From positions 672,001 through 736,000 of the forward strand of contig CAWDFP010000006.1 of NCBI GenBank assembly GCA_963801605.1: a stretch of DNA of 64,000 bases, written 5' to 3'. A model generated the notes under the pieces. The model was not told the origin of the DNA. It did not search any database and worked only from the letters and a program-made list of their open reading frames with translations. This DNA is from an uncultured candidate division Zixibacteria bacterium. GTDB lineage: Bacteria > Zixibacteria > MSB-5A5 > UBA10806. The position numbers and the translations under genes are program-made. Positions 51,088 to 61,511 of this stretch are shown piece after piece; position 1 is the first letter of the stretch; each line of letters starts with the position of its first letter.

Positions 51088-51972
51088 TTAATAGGCGCCA
51101 TCACCTACTTTTTTCAATCCTTCCAAGACTCCAATAGGTTGTGTCCTTAAAATCAGCCTCATTTTATTAATTGTCAAGCCCGCTTTTAGAGGACGGGGAG
51201 CTTTTAAGCCAAGTTTATTAATCGAGGTTTTAATGACATGGCTGCTTTCATATCCCAATATCCCGGCGCCCTTAATGGCAAAATCGTAACGCGACAAATA
51301 ATCGCGTCCTCCAATATTTATAACGCCCCTGAAATTCATATCCATAAGCTCGATAATAGCATCCGCGAGATTTCCCGCCCAGGTGGAGTTGTTATATTGA
51401 TCGTCCGCCGCCTGAATATTACCAGTTTTGGCTTGCAGAAGCCAGTTAACCAGTTTTGAGGGACTTGATGGCAAATTTCCATAAATATGATTTGTGCGCA
51501 CGATCAAATGCTGGCAGGAGGAATTGATTATCGCTTTTTCAGCATCAGATTTGGTCAGGCCGTAATAATTTATTGGATTAGGAGTAGCGTCCTCGGAGTA
51601 AGGGCCGGATTTGCCATCGAATATATAGTCGGTAGAAAGATGAATAAAAAGACGATTATGCTCATTACAAAATCCGGCCATAGTTTCAACTGCTTCAGTA
51701 TTTATCCGATGAGCCTCTTCCCGTTCAATTTCGCACTGGTCGACATCGGCCATTGCCGCGCAGTTAATTATTGTATCAAAATCGGTTTTACCGAGGAAAG
51801 ACAGCAAATCCTGTTTTTCGGTGATATTAAGTTGTACCAGATTAATAGATTCTGGCGCACCAGTGGGGTTTCGGCTTATACCTATAATATTACGCTTGCT
51901 CTCTAGGCGCCTTGCCAGATGACTTCCAACCAGGCCGGTTATTCCCGTAATGATTACATTCGCCGCCATCAT
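51088..51972 (-). CDS. rmlD: dTDP-4-dehydrorhamnose reductase family SDR
   Basis: ITG..GLVG, INCAA...VD.CE, H.STDY.FDG, YG.TK and APRP. Confidence 0.85.
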   Translation of the reverse strand: MMAANVIITGITGLVGSHLARRLESKRNIIGISRNPTGAPESINLVQLNITEKQDLLSFLGKTDFDTIINCAAMADVDQCEIEREEAHRINTEAVETMAGFCNEHNRLFIHLSTDYIFDGKSGPYSEDATPNPINYYGLTKSDAEKAIINSSCQHLIVRTNHIYGNLPSSPSKLVNWLLQAKTGNIQAADDQYNNSTWAGNLADAIIELMDMNFRGVINIGGRDYLSRYDFAIKGAGILGYESSHVIKTSINKLGLKAPRPLKAGLTINKMRLILRTQPIGVLEGLKKVGDGAY

Positions 51973-52054
51973 CAATTCTGACAATGCTAAAAATAGTTTA
52001 GCAAAGGCCCGCTCAAGAATCGGCGGACCTCAGCCTTTTTTTTCGAAATGTCCT

Positions 52055-52687
52055 TTATGCTTTTTCTCCCGGCCATTCGGTCCAGGATTTCTCAGGCCTA
52101 TCATTGCGATCTGGTTGCTGAATACCGTCCAACAAATTTTTATCTATTAGGATGTATTTGTCGGCCGCTTGTCTCAGCAAATAGGAGCCGCCAAGATTAG
52201 CGACCTCGACATGCTTTCCTAAATCCTTGACTGTTTCGACCAATACCGTGAAATCCTCATCGCCGGAGATTAAAATGGCAGTATCATAGTTATCCTTAAA
52301 TGCATGCGAAAGCATATCGATCACGATAAATGTATCGACGCCTTTTTCGACATAGGTCGGCACCGAAACGTAGGTACCGTCAGGTAAGTTTTGTTTGACT
52401 AGCCTCTTTTCAAGCCGTCCGAATTTTTTGGTTAGATAGGGAACCGTATCTAGGGAGTCGAAAAACGATTGCTGCATGCGAAACTTATCCTCATCATCCT
52501 CGCGATTAAGAGGCGCATTATAGTAATAAACTCGAATAAGCTGCCGTCCCGCCACCAGGCGCTCCGTAAACTGTTGAAAATCGAGATTGGTTCTGCCGAT
52601 GACATGCTTCAAACTGTGATAAAGATTGTTGCCATCGATAAAAACCATGACTCTCTCTCTGTGACCATCTTTGGAAAATAAACTCAT
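52055..52687 (-). CDS. NYN (LabA/DUF88) PIN-like domain protein
   Basis: VFIDGNNLY, YYYNA, EKGVD, ISGD.DF and GKHVEV. Confidence 0.88.
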   Translation of the reverse strand: MSLFSKDGHRERVMVFIDGNNLYHSLKHVIGRTNLDFQQFTERLVAGRQLIRVYYYNAPLNREDDEDKFRMQQSFFDSLDTVPYLTKKFGRLEKRLVKQNLPDGTYVSVPTYVEKGVDTFIVIDMLSHAFKDNYDTAILISGDEDFTVLVETVKDLGKHVEVANLGGSYLLRQAADKYILIDKNLLDGIQQPDRNDRPEKSWTEWPGEKA

Positions 52688-53171
52688 ATTTATACCTCTT
52701 ATTAATTCTCGCGGCCGTGCATTTTGACCGCTAAAGTCTTGACGATAGATTGCTTACTCATTTCATTTTTTGTAAAATTAATACCCTTCCTTTGTTTAAT
52801 AATTTGCCGCTAATGTATGCTTATTGGATTTAATGCATCCTTGTATAATGTGCAGAAAACATGTCAACCTTCTTAGCTCACTTTTGCGTTTATTTGGCGA
52901 CCGCGAAAACAATCGCCGAGCCTGCGCATAAAAGTTATAAATGCTTATTGTCTTTAGATTTGGAGAATCGATGCACATGCCGGATTGTCCGGCTATTATA
53001 ATAATTTTCATAAATACCACGTCTAAAATAAAGGCTTCTATAACGGGCGCCTGTTCAACCCGACCCTAATATTAGATGATATATTAAGAGACATTATCCC
53101 CATTGGCAAGCAAAATCGAAATCGCTTTTGCTGGAAATGTTACAAGATATTTGGCCTTTTTTTGATATTAT

Positions 53172-53220
53172 AAAAAAGCGTATCGAATTCCAAACTCGGT
53201 AATAGTGAAACTCGACACGC
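53172..53220 (-). terminator. Probable terminator after ferritin
   Basis: Minus strand GCGTGTCGAGTTTC...GAATTCGATACGC followed by T6. Confidence 0.6.
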
Positions 53221-53243
53221 CCCCACTACCTTCTTAATTTTAG

Positions 53244-53738
53244 TTAGCTTTTGGCTCGTTTGCCGGCATGACGATCGAGATACATTAAATTGCCCGGACG
53301 ATTATCGGTCATTTTGATCTGCTCCAGGATTTCGGTGGCGCTAGCTTCCTCCTCAACTTGCTCTTTGACAAACCAGTTGAGATGTTCTTGAGTGGCAAAA
53401 TCCTTTTCATCAACCGCCAGTTGATAAATTTTGTTAATTCGACCGGTTACAATTCTCTCATGGTCCAGGGTTTGTTGGTAAACGTTCTGCATAGTGCCAA
53501 AATCCACAGGAGGAGTATCCAGTCCCTTTAATGCCACCCTGCCGCCGCGATCAACCAGGTAATTATAGAATTTGTAAGCGTGTTCCTTTTCTTCCTCGGC
53601 TTGCTTTCTAAACCAGGCCGCAAACCCCTTAAAATTATTAGCTTCGCAAAATGACGCCATCGCCAGATACAAATAAAACGAGTCGAATTCGGCCTTAATT
53701 TGATCGTTGATTGCAGATTGGATTTTTTCGCTTATCAT
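53244..53738 (-). CDS. ftnA: Non-heme ferritin
   Basis: N.QI..E..S.Y.YL.MA, Q..EE..HA, HE..VT..I and WFV.EQVEEE. Confidence 0.93.
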   Translation of the reverse strand: MISEKIQSAINDQIKAEFDSFYLYLAMASFCEANNFKGFAAWFRKQAEEEKEHAYKFYNYLVDRGGRVALKGLDTPPVDFGTMQNVYQQTLDHERIVTGRINKIYQLAVDEKDFATQEHLNWFVKEQVEEEASATEILEQIKMTDNRPGNLMYLDRHAGKRAKS

Positions 53739-53864
53739 TAGTAACGCTCCTTTAATACAACAGTTAGTAATTTAGGGGGACTAGTGTCCCTTTTCACAAA
53801 CCCTGAATATTAACAACGATGAAATAGGAATTGTTTCTTGAAAAATGCGAACAGAATGCGATGA

Positions 53865-54926
53865 TTAAAATATATCTATTTCGCGCATTAAAGCGTCGAA
53901 AATTTCCGACTCAGTATATCTTCCAATCGTCTGGCCTTTGCGAGTAAGCGTTAGCATACCCTTACCGCCGATTATTGCCAAATCGGCTCCCGAGGCTTCG
54001 CCCGGGCCGTTCACATTACATCCCATGACCGCAACCTTGATATCTTTATTTATTCCCTCGAGCGCTTTTTCAACTTTTTCCGCCAGTTGATATATATCTG
54101 TCTCGGTCCTTGCGCAGGATGGACAACTTATCAGCTCTAAACCGCGCCGACGCAGCCCCAGCGATTTAAGAATATCCCAGGCGGCTTTAACTTCCTGTTC
54201 GATATCAGCGGATAGAGATACTCGAATAGTATCTCCGATACCTTCCAATAGGAGATGGCCCAAGGCAACCGAGCTTTTAATCGCCCCGGTAAACGCTGTG
54301 CCGGCTTCGGTTACCCCCAGATGAAGCGGGTAGTCGCATCTCAATGCTATCATCTGATAACACTCTATGGTTTCAAGGGCTGTGGAAGCTTTAATTGAAA
54401 TCACGATATCATTGAATTTATGACGCTCCAATAATTCAACATGACGTAAAGCAGATTCAACCATCGCCTGAGGCGTAGGGCCGCCAAATTTATCTATTAG
54501 TTCAGATTCTACCGAGCCGTGGTTAACACCGATCCGAATTGGAATCCCTTTCTCGGCGGCCTTCTCTACCACCGCCCGTACTTTATCATCGCCTCCGATA
54601 TTCCCCGGGTTAATCCGAAGCTTGTCGAATCCGGCATCGGCAGCCATCAGAGCGAATTGATAATTGAAATGTATATCCGCCACAAGCGGCACATCGGTTC
54701 CCCTTTTGATATCTGAGAGCGCCTCCGCTGCCCGGCGATCGGGTACCCCCAACCTTACTATTTCCGCGCCCAGTGACGCGGCCCGATTTATCTCATCAAT
54801 CGTCTTTTGAACATTATCGGTCGGCGTATTGATCATTGTTTGGACGGCGATTGGGTGATCGCCCCCAATAGTGACCTTTCCAATTTTAACAGGTCTGCTT
54901 TTTCGCCTAATTATCATTTTTTTCAT
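53865..54926 (-). CDS. ispG: HMBPP synthase
   Basis: PLVADIHF, RINPGNIG, RIGVN.GS, LHLGVTEAG, GDTIRVSL, CP.C.R and VMGC.VNGPGE. Confidence 0.96.
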   Translation of the reverse strand: MKKMIIRRKSRPVKIGKVTIGGDHPIAVQTMINTPTDNVQKTIDEINRAASLGAEIVRLGVPDRRAAEALSDIKRGTDVPLVADIHFNYQFALMAADAGFDKLRINPGNIGGDDKVRAVVEKAAEKGIPIRIGVNHGSVESELIDKFGGPTPQAMVESALRHVELLERHKFNDIVISIKASTALETIECYQMIALRCDYPLHLGVTEAGTAFTGAIKSSVALGHLLLEGIGDTIRVSLSADIEQEVKAAWDILKSLGLRRRGLELISCPSCARTETDIYQLAEKVEKALEGINKDIKVAVMGCNVNGPGEASGADLAIIGGKGMLTLTRKGQTIGRYTESEIFDALMREIDIF

Positions 54927-55797
54927 CGATTACTTTGACCGGAGCGCCACCATTAAGGACGGCAATTCTCTTAATTGCCTCCACAACATCCATAACGACC
55001 GAATCGGGTGTCGAGGCTCCGGCCGTAATGCCCAAATTATTAATATCCTTAAGCCATGAATCTTGAAGCTCATCGCTGTTGTCGATCAGGTAGGCCGGGG
55101 TGCCGGTCTGCTTGGCTATCTGCACCAGACGTTGGGAATTGGCTGACGTTTGCGAACCGACCACTATCATCAGGTCCATGCGTGGCGCGAGATCCAGTAT
55201 CGAGGCTTGTCTTTGACGGGTGGCGTCGCAGATGGTGTTCTTGACACGAACCTCTTTGTACTTCGATTCCACCAATTTGACAGCCTTTTCGAACCGTTCG
55301 ACCGATTGCGTACTTTGAGAAATAAAAGCTACGTTCCCCTCGATCTCCGGTAGGTCCTCAATTGAATCTATCTTGTTTAAAACGATGATCCTGTCCGGGG
55401 CGTGGCCTTTGACGCCTTTCATCTCGTCGTGATTTTCATCACCAAATACAATTACCGTATAGTTTCGCTTAATAAAGTAATCGGCGGCCTTGTGAAGCAC
55501 GGTAACCAGCGGGCAAGTGGAATCTATAACGTTAAGACCTCGTGACCGAGCATCCTCAATAACTTTCGGAGCCACTCCGTGTGCCGATATTATCAGCGTT
55601 CCACTGTTTACTTTTTCAAGCGAGTTAGTTCGGCAAATCCCTTTAGCCTCGAGATTTTTAACAACCGAATGGTTATGCACGATTTCGTTTAGTATGGTTA
55701 TATCGCCGTCGAGATTGGCACGAGCTTCCTCGGCCATGCCGATCGACCGTTCCACTCCCATGCAGAATCCGCGGGCTTTTGCAAGATAGATATTCAT
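54907..55797 (-). CDS. ispH: HMBPP reductase
   Basis: GFC.GV, IVHN, SAHGV, D.TCPLV, TIC.AT..RQ, SANS and TAGASTP. Confidence 0.96.
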   Translation of the reverse strand: MNIYLAKARGFCMGVERSIGMAEEARANLDGDITILNEIVHNHSVVKNLEAKGICRTNSLEKVNSGTLIISAHGVAPKVIEDARSRGLNVIDSTCPLVTVLHKAADYFIKRNYTVIVFGDENHDEMKGVKGHAPDRIIVLNKIDSIEDLPEIEGNVAFISQSTQSVERFEKAVKLVESKYKEVRVKNTICDATRQRQASILDLAPRMDLMIVVGSQTSANSQRLVQIAKQTGTPAYLIDNSDELQDSWLKDINNLGITAGASTPDSVVMDVVEAIKRIAVLNGGAPVKVIDEKNDN

Positions 55798-55834
55798 AAC
55801 GTTCCTCCTTCCTTTTACGGCGAAGAAGCCTCCG

Positions 55835-56398
55835 TTATTTCAGCTTAAGAAAATATTCATGCAAAACACCGCTGCCCGATAGCTCCGGATGAAAAGTTAA
55901 GGCCAGCTTATTACCGGATCGCACGCCTGTTACATCATTACCCAACCAGGCTATCGGCTCAACGTTGGGGCCATATTGGGAAATCTTGGGCGCCCTGATA
56001 AAGACCATCTCAAACGGCGAATCGAGAAATGATAATCTCCCTGGCGCTGTGAATGAATTTATCTGACGGCCATAGGCATTGCGTTTGATAGTCATATCAA
56101 CCATGCCCCAACCATCTGAATCGGGCGATAGAATCTTGCGTGCCATCATAATAGACCCCATGCAGGTTCCCATGACCGGTCCCGCAAACGTTTTCAGCGG
56201 CTCCCATAGGCCGTTTTGTCCTGCCACTTTCCGGATGGTTGTCGATTCTCCGCCGGGAATTATCAAATGGGTGACGTTTTGCAGGTCGGGAGTGTTCCGA
56301 ATTTCGCGAGTTTCGACGCTAAGGCTATTTAGTACCTCGAGATGGGCCTGGAAATCACCCTGGATAGCCAGGACCCCTACTACAATCGGGTTTCGCAT
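55835..56398 (-). CDS. pdxT: PLP synthase glutaminase subunit
   Basis: GVLA.QGDF..H, PGGEST, GTC, RNAYGRQ..SF, FIRAP and FHPEL. Confidence 0.95.
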   Translation of the reverse strand: MRNPIVVGVLAIQGDFQAHLEVLNSLSVETREIRNTPDLQNVTHLIIPGGESTTIRKVAGQNGLWEPLKTFAGPVMGTCMGSIMMARKILSPDSDGWGMVDMTIKRNAYGRQINSFTAPGRLSFLDSPFEMVFIRAPKISQYGPNVEPIAWLGNDVTGVRSGNKLALTFHPELSGSGVLHEYFLKLK

Positions 56399-56438
56399 AT
56401 TATCAAAATACCAAACATACTTTTTTATATTTACGCTT

Positions 56439-56464
56439 AAGGGGCGTATTGCGTTACGCCCCTT
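56439..56464. repeat. REP-like palindrome between pdxS and pdxT
   Basis: AAGGGGCGTA-TTGCGT-TACGCCCCTT. Confidence 0.6.
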
Positions 56465-56528
56465 TCGAAAAATTCAACAACCTCTTTACTATACTGCTTT
56501 CCAGGTATGTTTTAACTCAGTACTGTTA

Positions 56529-57424
56529 TCACCGAGTCTGTAAAAGCTGATCATCGGGAATCAGCTTGATATCCAATCCCTTCATTGCAATTCCCAACGA
56601 TTTGGAAACCTCGGCCACGATCTTCGGCTCTTTGTAATGAGTGGTAGCGATGACCACCGCCTTGGCACGGCTGGCGGGATCGCTCGATTTGAATATCCCG
56701 GAGCCGACAAAAACCGACTCGGCCCCAAGCTGCATCATGAGAGCGGCGTCGGGGGGAGTAGCGATTCCACCGGCGGCGAAATTTGGCACTGGTAGTTTGC
56801 CGTGTTCCTTGAGATAGCAGACCAGATCGTATGGGGCGCCGAGATTCTTGGCCTCGGTCATGAGTTGTTCGTCATCGAGCACCGTGATGCGCCTGATAGC
56901 ATCCATTACCGAACGCATGTGACGGACGGCCTCAACGATATTGCCGGAGCCGGCCTCGCCTTTGGTGCGAATCATGGCTGCGCCTTCGCCGATTCTGCGC
57001 AGGGCCTCGCCCAGATTGCGGCATCCGCAAACAAAGGGGACAGTGAATTTGTGCTTGTCGATATGGTAGTGTTCGTCGGCGGGGGTGAGGACCTCCGATT
57101 CATCGATGAAATCGACCTCGAGCGCCTGCAGCACCTGGGCCTCGGCGAAATGCCCGATCCGACATTTGGCCATGACCGGAATCGAGACCGCTTCCTGTAT
57201 CTGTTCGATAATGGCGGGGTCGGCCATACGGGCTACGCCGCCTTCGGCTCTAATATCGGCCGGGACTTTTTCGAGCGCCATAACAGCGCAGGCGCCGGCG
57301 TCCTCGGCGATCTTAGCCTGATCGGCGGTTGTTACGTCCATGATGACTCCGCCTTTTAGCATCTCGGCTAAGCCGACTTTAACCTTGTATTCTTTATTCG
57401 CTGGGCGAATTTATCCCCTATCAT
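56529..57424 (-). CDS. pdxS: PLP synthase lyase subunit; likely start at 57424 is separated by an indel at about 57405
   Basis: [48 protein letters not shown] and [16 protein letters not shown] lies before the ATG at 57424. Confidence 0.95.
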
Positions 57425-57482
57425 ATCAACCTCATTAAAATGCCCATAAGATTTGTAGAGTTTTCCAATCCATTATGGATTC

Positions 57483-57511
57483 AAGATATGTATTGCAAAG
57501 GATGGTGTCAA
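57483..57511 (-). promoter_or_regulatory. sigma70 promoter for pdxS-pdxT-ispH-ispG
   Basis: Minus strand TTGACA, 17 bp spacer, TATCTT. Confidence 0.65.
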
Positions 57512-57554
57512 TAGGGAACGGGGGACTAATATGTCCGTAGAGGTCGTTTTTGTC

Positions 57555-57583
57555 TTGACAAAGGGGGATGGCCTATCTATGAT
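57555..57583 (+). promoter_or_regulatory. sigma70 promoter for the accessory secreted-protein block
   Basis: TTGACA (57555-57560), 17 bp spacer, TATGAT (57578-57583); GGAGG at 57603-57607. Confidence 0.75.
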
Positions 57584-57614
57584 ATATCAAACCCTATATC
57601 CTGGAGGTTTCCCA

Positions 57615-59385
57615 ATGCCTCGCTTTTTAATGATTTTCAGCTTATTCTTCTCGATCTCATCTCTCTCCTTTGCCGATTACCACTACGCCTCCCACACCGG
57701 CATCCAATACCTACCCCTATACCAGCTGGGAGACGGCGGCAGATACATTGCAGGCGGCAGTGGATGCTGCCAGCCCCGGAGATACCATTTATATCGGTTC
57801 CGGTGAATTTGTGGGCCGCACGATTATGGTCAGCAGATGACAGCCTAATGGCCTTAATCGGGATAGGGGCAGATTCCACCTATCTTTACACCACTGATAC
57901 ATCAGAAGTTCTACAATCGGGTCCTAAGTGCTACATTAAAGGCATTCATTTTTCCAATCTGGCTGGCTTATTGACAAATATTGCGCCAATGTGATCAGGT
58001 TGGGATCTTAAGAGTTGAAGATTGTCTTTTCACTCGCGGAAGCGGTTTATTCTTATTGCTCCTCTAATGTTGTTGTCCATAATTGTATTTTCGATAATTT
58101 GAAACATCTATCCAGCCAATAAGAGGATGTAGCAGGAAATTTTCATTAGAGGTGTCCAACTGCTTGTTTCGCAATTTACGGGGCGAACCAGTACAGGTCT
58201 TTACTCAACATGGGGTTATTAAAAATAATATTGTACTAAACTCAGAATGGAACCGGCTTTGTATTTGCATGAAACCACCGGAGGCGTATGTCTCAGCTTA
58301 CAAATAATATAATCCAAAACTATTGTTGCGGTGGGTTTTTATGGGTTTTACCGACACCCTCAAGTAGTGTGATAATAATGCAGTTAACCGGTCTTATCAT
58401 CGGGATTATTACGGGCAGATCATTGCTGTTACTACATTTAATGCCATATTGAAAATAATTCTAATAACCAATTCAACCTCTGGATTGGGATTAACCGGGA
58501 ATTATACGCTTTCTGTTCATTACAGCGATTTCTGGGGCAATGCCGGCTCGAACTTTCAAGGATACATATGATAACGGCAGTTTTGATACCAGCTCGGGAT
58601 TTATACATGTTGACCCGATGTATAATAATCCCGATTCTGGGGATTTCAGACTACAAGCTTATTCTTCTCTGATTGACGCCGGAGATCCCGAAATCTTGGA
58701 TTATGACGGCAGTAGAAGCGATATCGGCGCCTTGGGAGGGCCTGGAGGATATTTCTACGAGTATCAGGACATGCCACCAAGAACTCCCGACAGCCTGCGA
58801 TCTATTATCTCAAGTGATAGCCTGATAATTAGCTGGCGACAAAATACCGAGGCAGATTTCTGGCGTTACATTGTTAATAGAGATACTCTCTCTAACTTTA
58901 CCCCCTGGGCAGGCAATATTGTCTCCGAGCCAGAGACAAGCCTGTTTGTCGATCAAAATTGGGATAGATTCCATAACTACTATTACAAGATTGCGGCTTA
59001 TGATCATCAAGGGAACCTAAGCCCTTATTCGCCGGAGCTTGAGGTCAGGAATGTAGGCGTTTGGGGAGAGCCGCTTAACATTCCATATACCACTTATATC
59101 GAGTCAAATTACCCTAATCCATTTAATGAGGCCACAACCATTACCTTTTTTGTGGCCGATATCGGTCCCAAACCGGCCCAGATTGAAATTGATATTTACG
59201 ATATTTTGGGCAGGAAAATCCTGACTCTATTAAATGAGAAGTATTTCCCGGGTAGATATTCAGTTCCCTGGAATGGGAGAGATGAGAGAGGAAACTCCTT
59301 AAGCAGCGGTGTCTATTTTGCCAGAATATCTCAGTGGGGAATAGATTTTATAAATGGTCCCAGGAAACTTGTGATTCTAAAGTGA
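57615..59385 (+). CDS. Secreted right-handed beta-helix protein with Fn3-like domain and YPNPFN CTD; many frameshifts in 57700-58570 (sequence errors or pseudogene)
   Basis: Signal peptide; YPY.SWETAA.TLQ.AVDAA.PGDTI.I; repeats VEDCLF/VHNCIF/VSNCLF/IKNNIV; DP......DFRLQ..S.LIDAGDP...D.DG.RSDIGA; NYPNPFN...KLVILK*. Confidence 0.7.
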
Positions 59386-59403
59386 AAGCGGAGGGAGGTA
59401 GTG

Positions 59404-61450
59404 ATGAGCAGGTTGTTTCTTATTGTTGTAGCCGTGTTGTTTCTGTTTTGTACCATTAATGCCGCTGAACTGCCGATGGTGATGTATACAACCAATGATA
59501 CTCTGGTATTGCCTGATACGGCGGAGCTTAGGGACGACTTGGGGATTAATTATATTTATGGAACAGTTGATTCTTTTGCAGTGGGTCCGCTAAAGGATGC
59601 CCGGTTTGGTCTGATAAAGTGGGGCGGTGAGGGTTGGAGCAATAATATAAATTATTACTCCGGCAAGAGCTATTTCCAGGTCGGAGCTACCGACGATACC
59701 TCATTCCCCAGGTTTCAAAGACAGAGAGGCACTCCTTCGGGAGGGCATTTGGTTTCGAATACCGCCGAAATGGCACTTGATTCTCTATGGTTTTTCCAGA
59801 ACGTAACGTCCGGCTTTAATAATGAAACTTATCCCAGATCATTTTTCGCTCAAATGAGGCTTGCTATTGACACCAATAGCGTGGCCATAGGCGATACCAT
59901 AGGCACATTATATGTCCACAGATTAGTCGATAGCATGATTGTTGATAGCACTTATTTGGGAGACAGCTTGATAGTCGATACCACGTACGCTGAAGCCTGG
60001 GATGAAAGGGCTGGCCATACCAATTTTGGCCGATGATTCTCTTCTGACGGGACGTTTCTTTGAAGTTCCAGCAAATCCTCCTTCATTTACACTTGGCGCT
60101 GAGGGTAATTTTGGGGGTTATCCAATTAAATACTCATTTTGGAACACCGGCATTACTACGGTCTATCTGGATTCCCTCAAATGCTATGATGAGGCAGGCA
60201 AAGAGTTTGTTCAAGATACTACTTTAATGAGATATTATCATAATCTTGTAACAGCCCCCACTTGGAACCAGATTGATTACTGGTGGCTGCGCGACGAGCC
60301 GAAATACGATTATTATCAGCCCTGGGCGAAAGTGCGCACTTTGGTAAATACCGCTGCTGGGACCGATAAATCGATAGGGGCCTTTTGGCCAACTACAATC
60401 CAAAATGGCTGGTCAACGGAAGAGATAGCTGCAACAGTGAGATCCTTTTTGGAAGCTACCCATCAGAACCGAATTATCATCAATGATTACCCCTTTATTG
60501 GGGGCCTTGACATCGGTACAAATTATCTTTGGTTTACCACTTATACCGGTTATGAGGAGCAAGACGAAAGCCAAAGTGCTTTTCGCGGTATCCAAAGGGA
60601 GATAGAAGATGTCTCCGCAAAAATATTGGGTGTTTTGGCAGAAGAGGTAAGAGATGGGGGTATTCTGAAAGAATTTTGGCAGTCTCCTCAATGGATGTAT
60701 TCGGGAGCAGCTTATACGGGAGGAGAGCCGCCCAATACCAAATATATCTACAGGCCGCTGACCAGATCTGAGTTAAGACTTCAGATAGGACTTGGTCTTT
60801 GTTATGGTGCCAAAGGATTCAATTTCTGGCGGTATGATTATGGATTATGTGATCCTGGTCGCTGCGATATCGGCAGTGACAACTCCTGCTGGCAGGGCGG
60901 GCTATACGATACGGTCGGAGGAATTCCGCAAAGAAATAGTTTGATGTGGGACGTGCTGGCCAATGAGATCAATCCTTACTTAAAGGCTATAGATACGGTC
61001 TATCTGGGATTGCATTGGAATCGGGCTTATGCCTGTAGCAGCGGGGTGCCGATTAATACTCCGGGTGGAACTATCATATCTTCCATTTCCGCATTCTCAA
61101 ATTCTCCAGATTCCAATCCCGACCTTGGGTGGTTTCATGTGGGTGAATTTGATTCCTCAGGCGAAAGATATGTGATGATAGTAAATAGGGCATGTTCGCA
61201 GGGCCAATATGATCCAACCGAAGCGCCCTCCATAACGGCCACAATCCAACTTGACGCCGACAATCTTGCCCTTAATAGCAATAGTCTTTATGTGATAGAT
61301 TTAGCCCATTCATTCCGGTATGCGGGTTTGGATACGGGTTGGGTCGGTATCCCTGAAACCACTTATACAACCGGAAGCTACCTTATCCCGTTCACCACCA
61401 CTCTAAAGGCCGGCGAAGGCAAACTATTTAAGATTGCCAAATCTTTTTAA
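59404..61450 (+). CDS. Secreted hypothetical protein with a glycoside-hydrolase-like TIM-barrel region; one indel at about 60009
   Basis: GGAGG RBS and signal peptide; LRDEP, NDYPF, SELRLQIGLGLCYGAKGFNFWRY, M.VNR and L.AGEGKLF.I. Removing one G joins ...WDER to LAIPILADD. Confidence 0.65.
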
Positions 61451-61511
61451 TATGATATTGTTGAAGCGGCACGATAACGCCTTTATATCCAAATAACGCG
61501 GAGATACTCCG

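Noticed and set aside
52055..52687. NYN gene as an antiphage or toxin-antitoxin system
   Set aside because: No antitoxin, helicase, methylase or other defence gene is nearby; LabA/DUF88 proteins are common stand-alone genes.
56529..56537. Possible TGA recoding at the pdxS end (CGG TGA TAA where RGW is usual)
   Set aside because: TGA is clearly a stop in many genes here, including ATGA overlaps. A local sequence error or a short C-terminus is simpler.
56802..57359. Long antisense ORFs over pdxS, rho, rbsA and GH38
   Set aside because: They lie entirely opposite well-conserved genes with strong codon bias and show no recognisable motifs.
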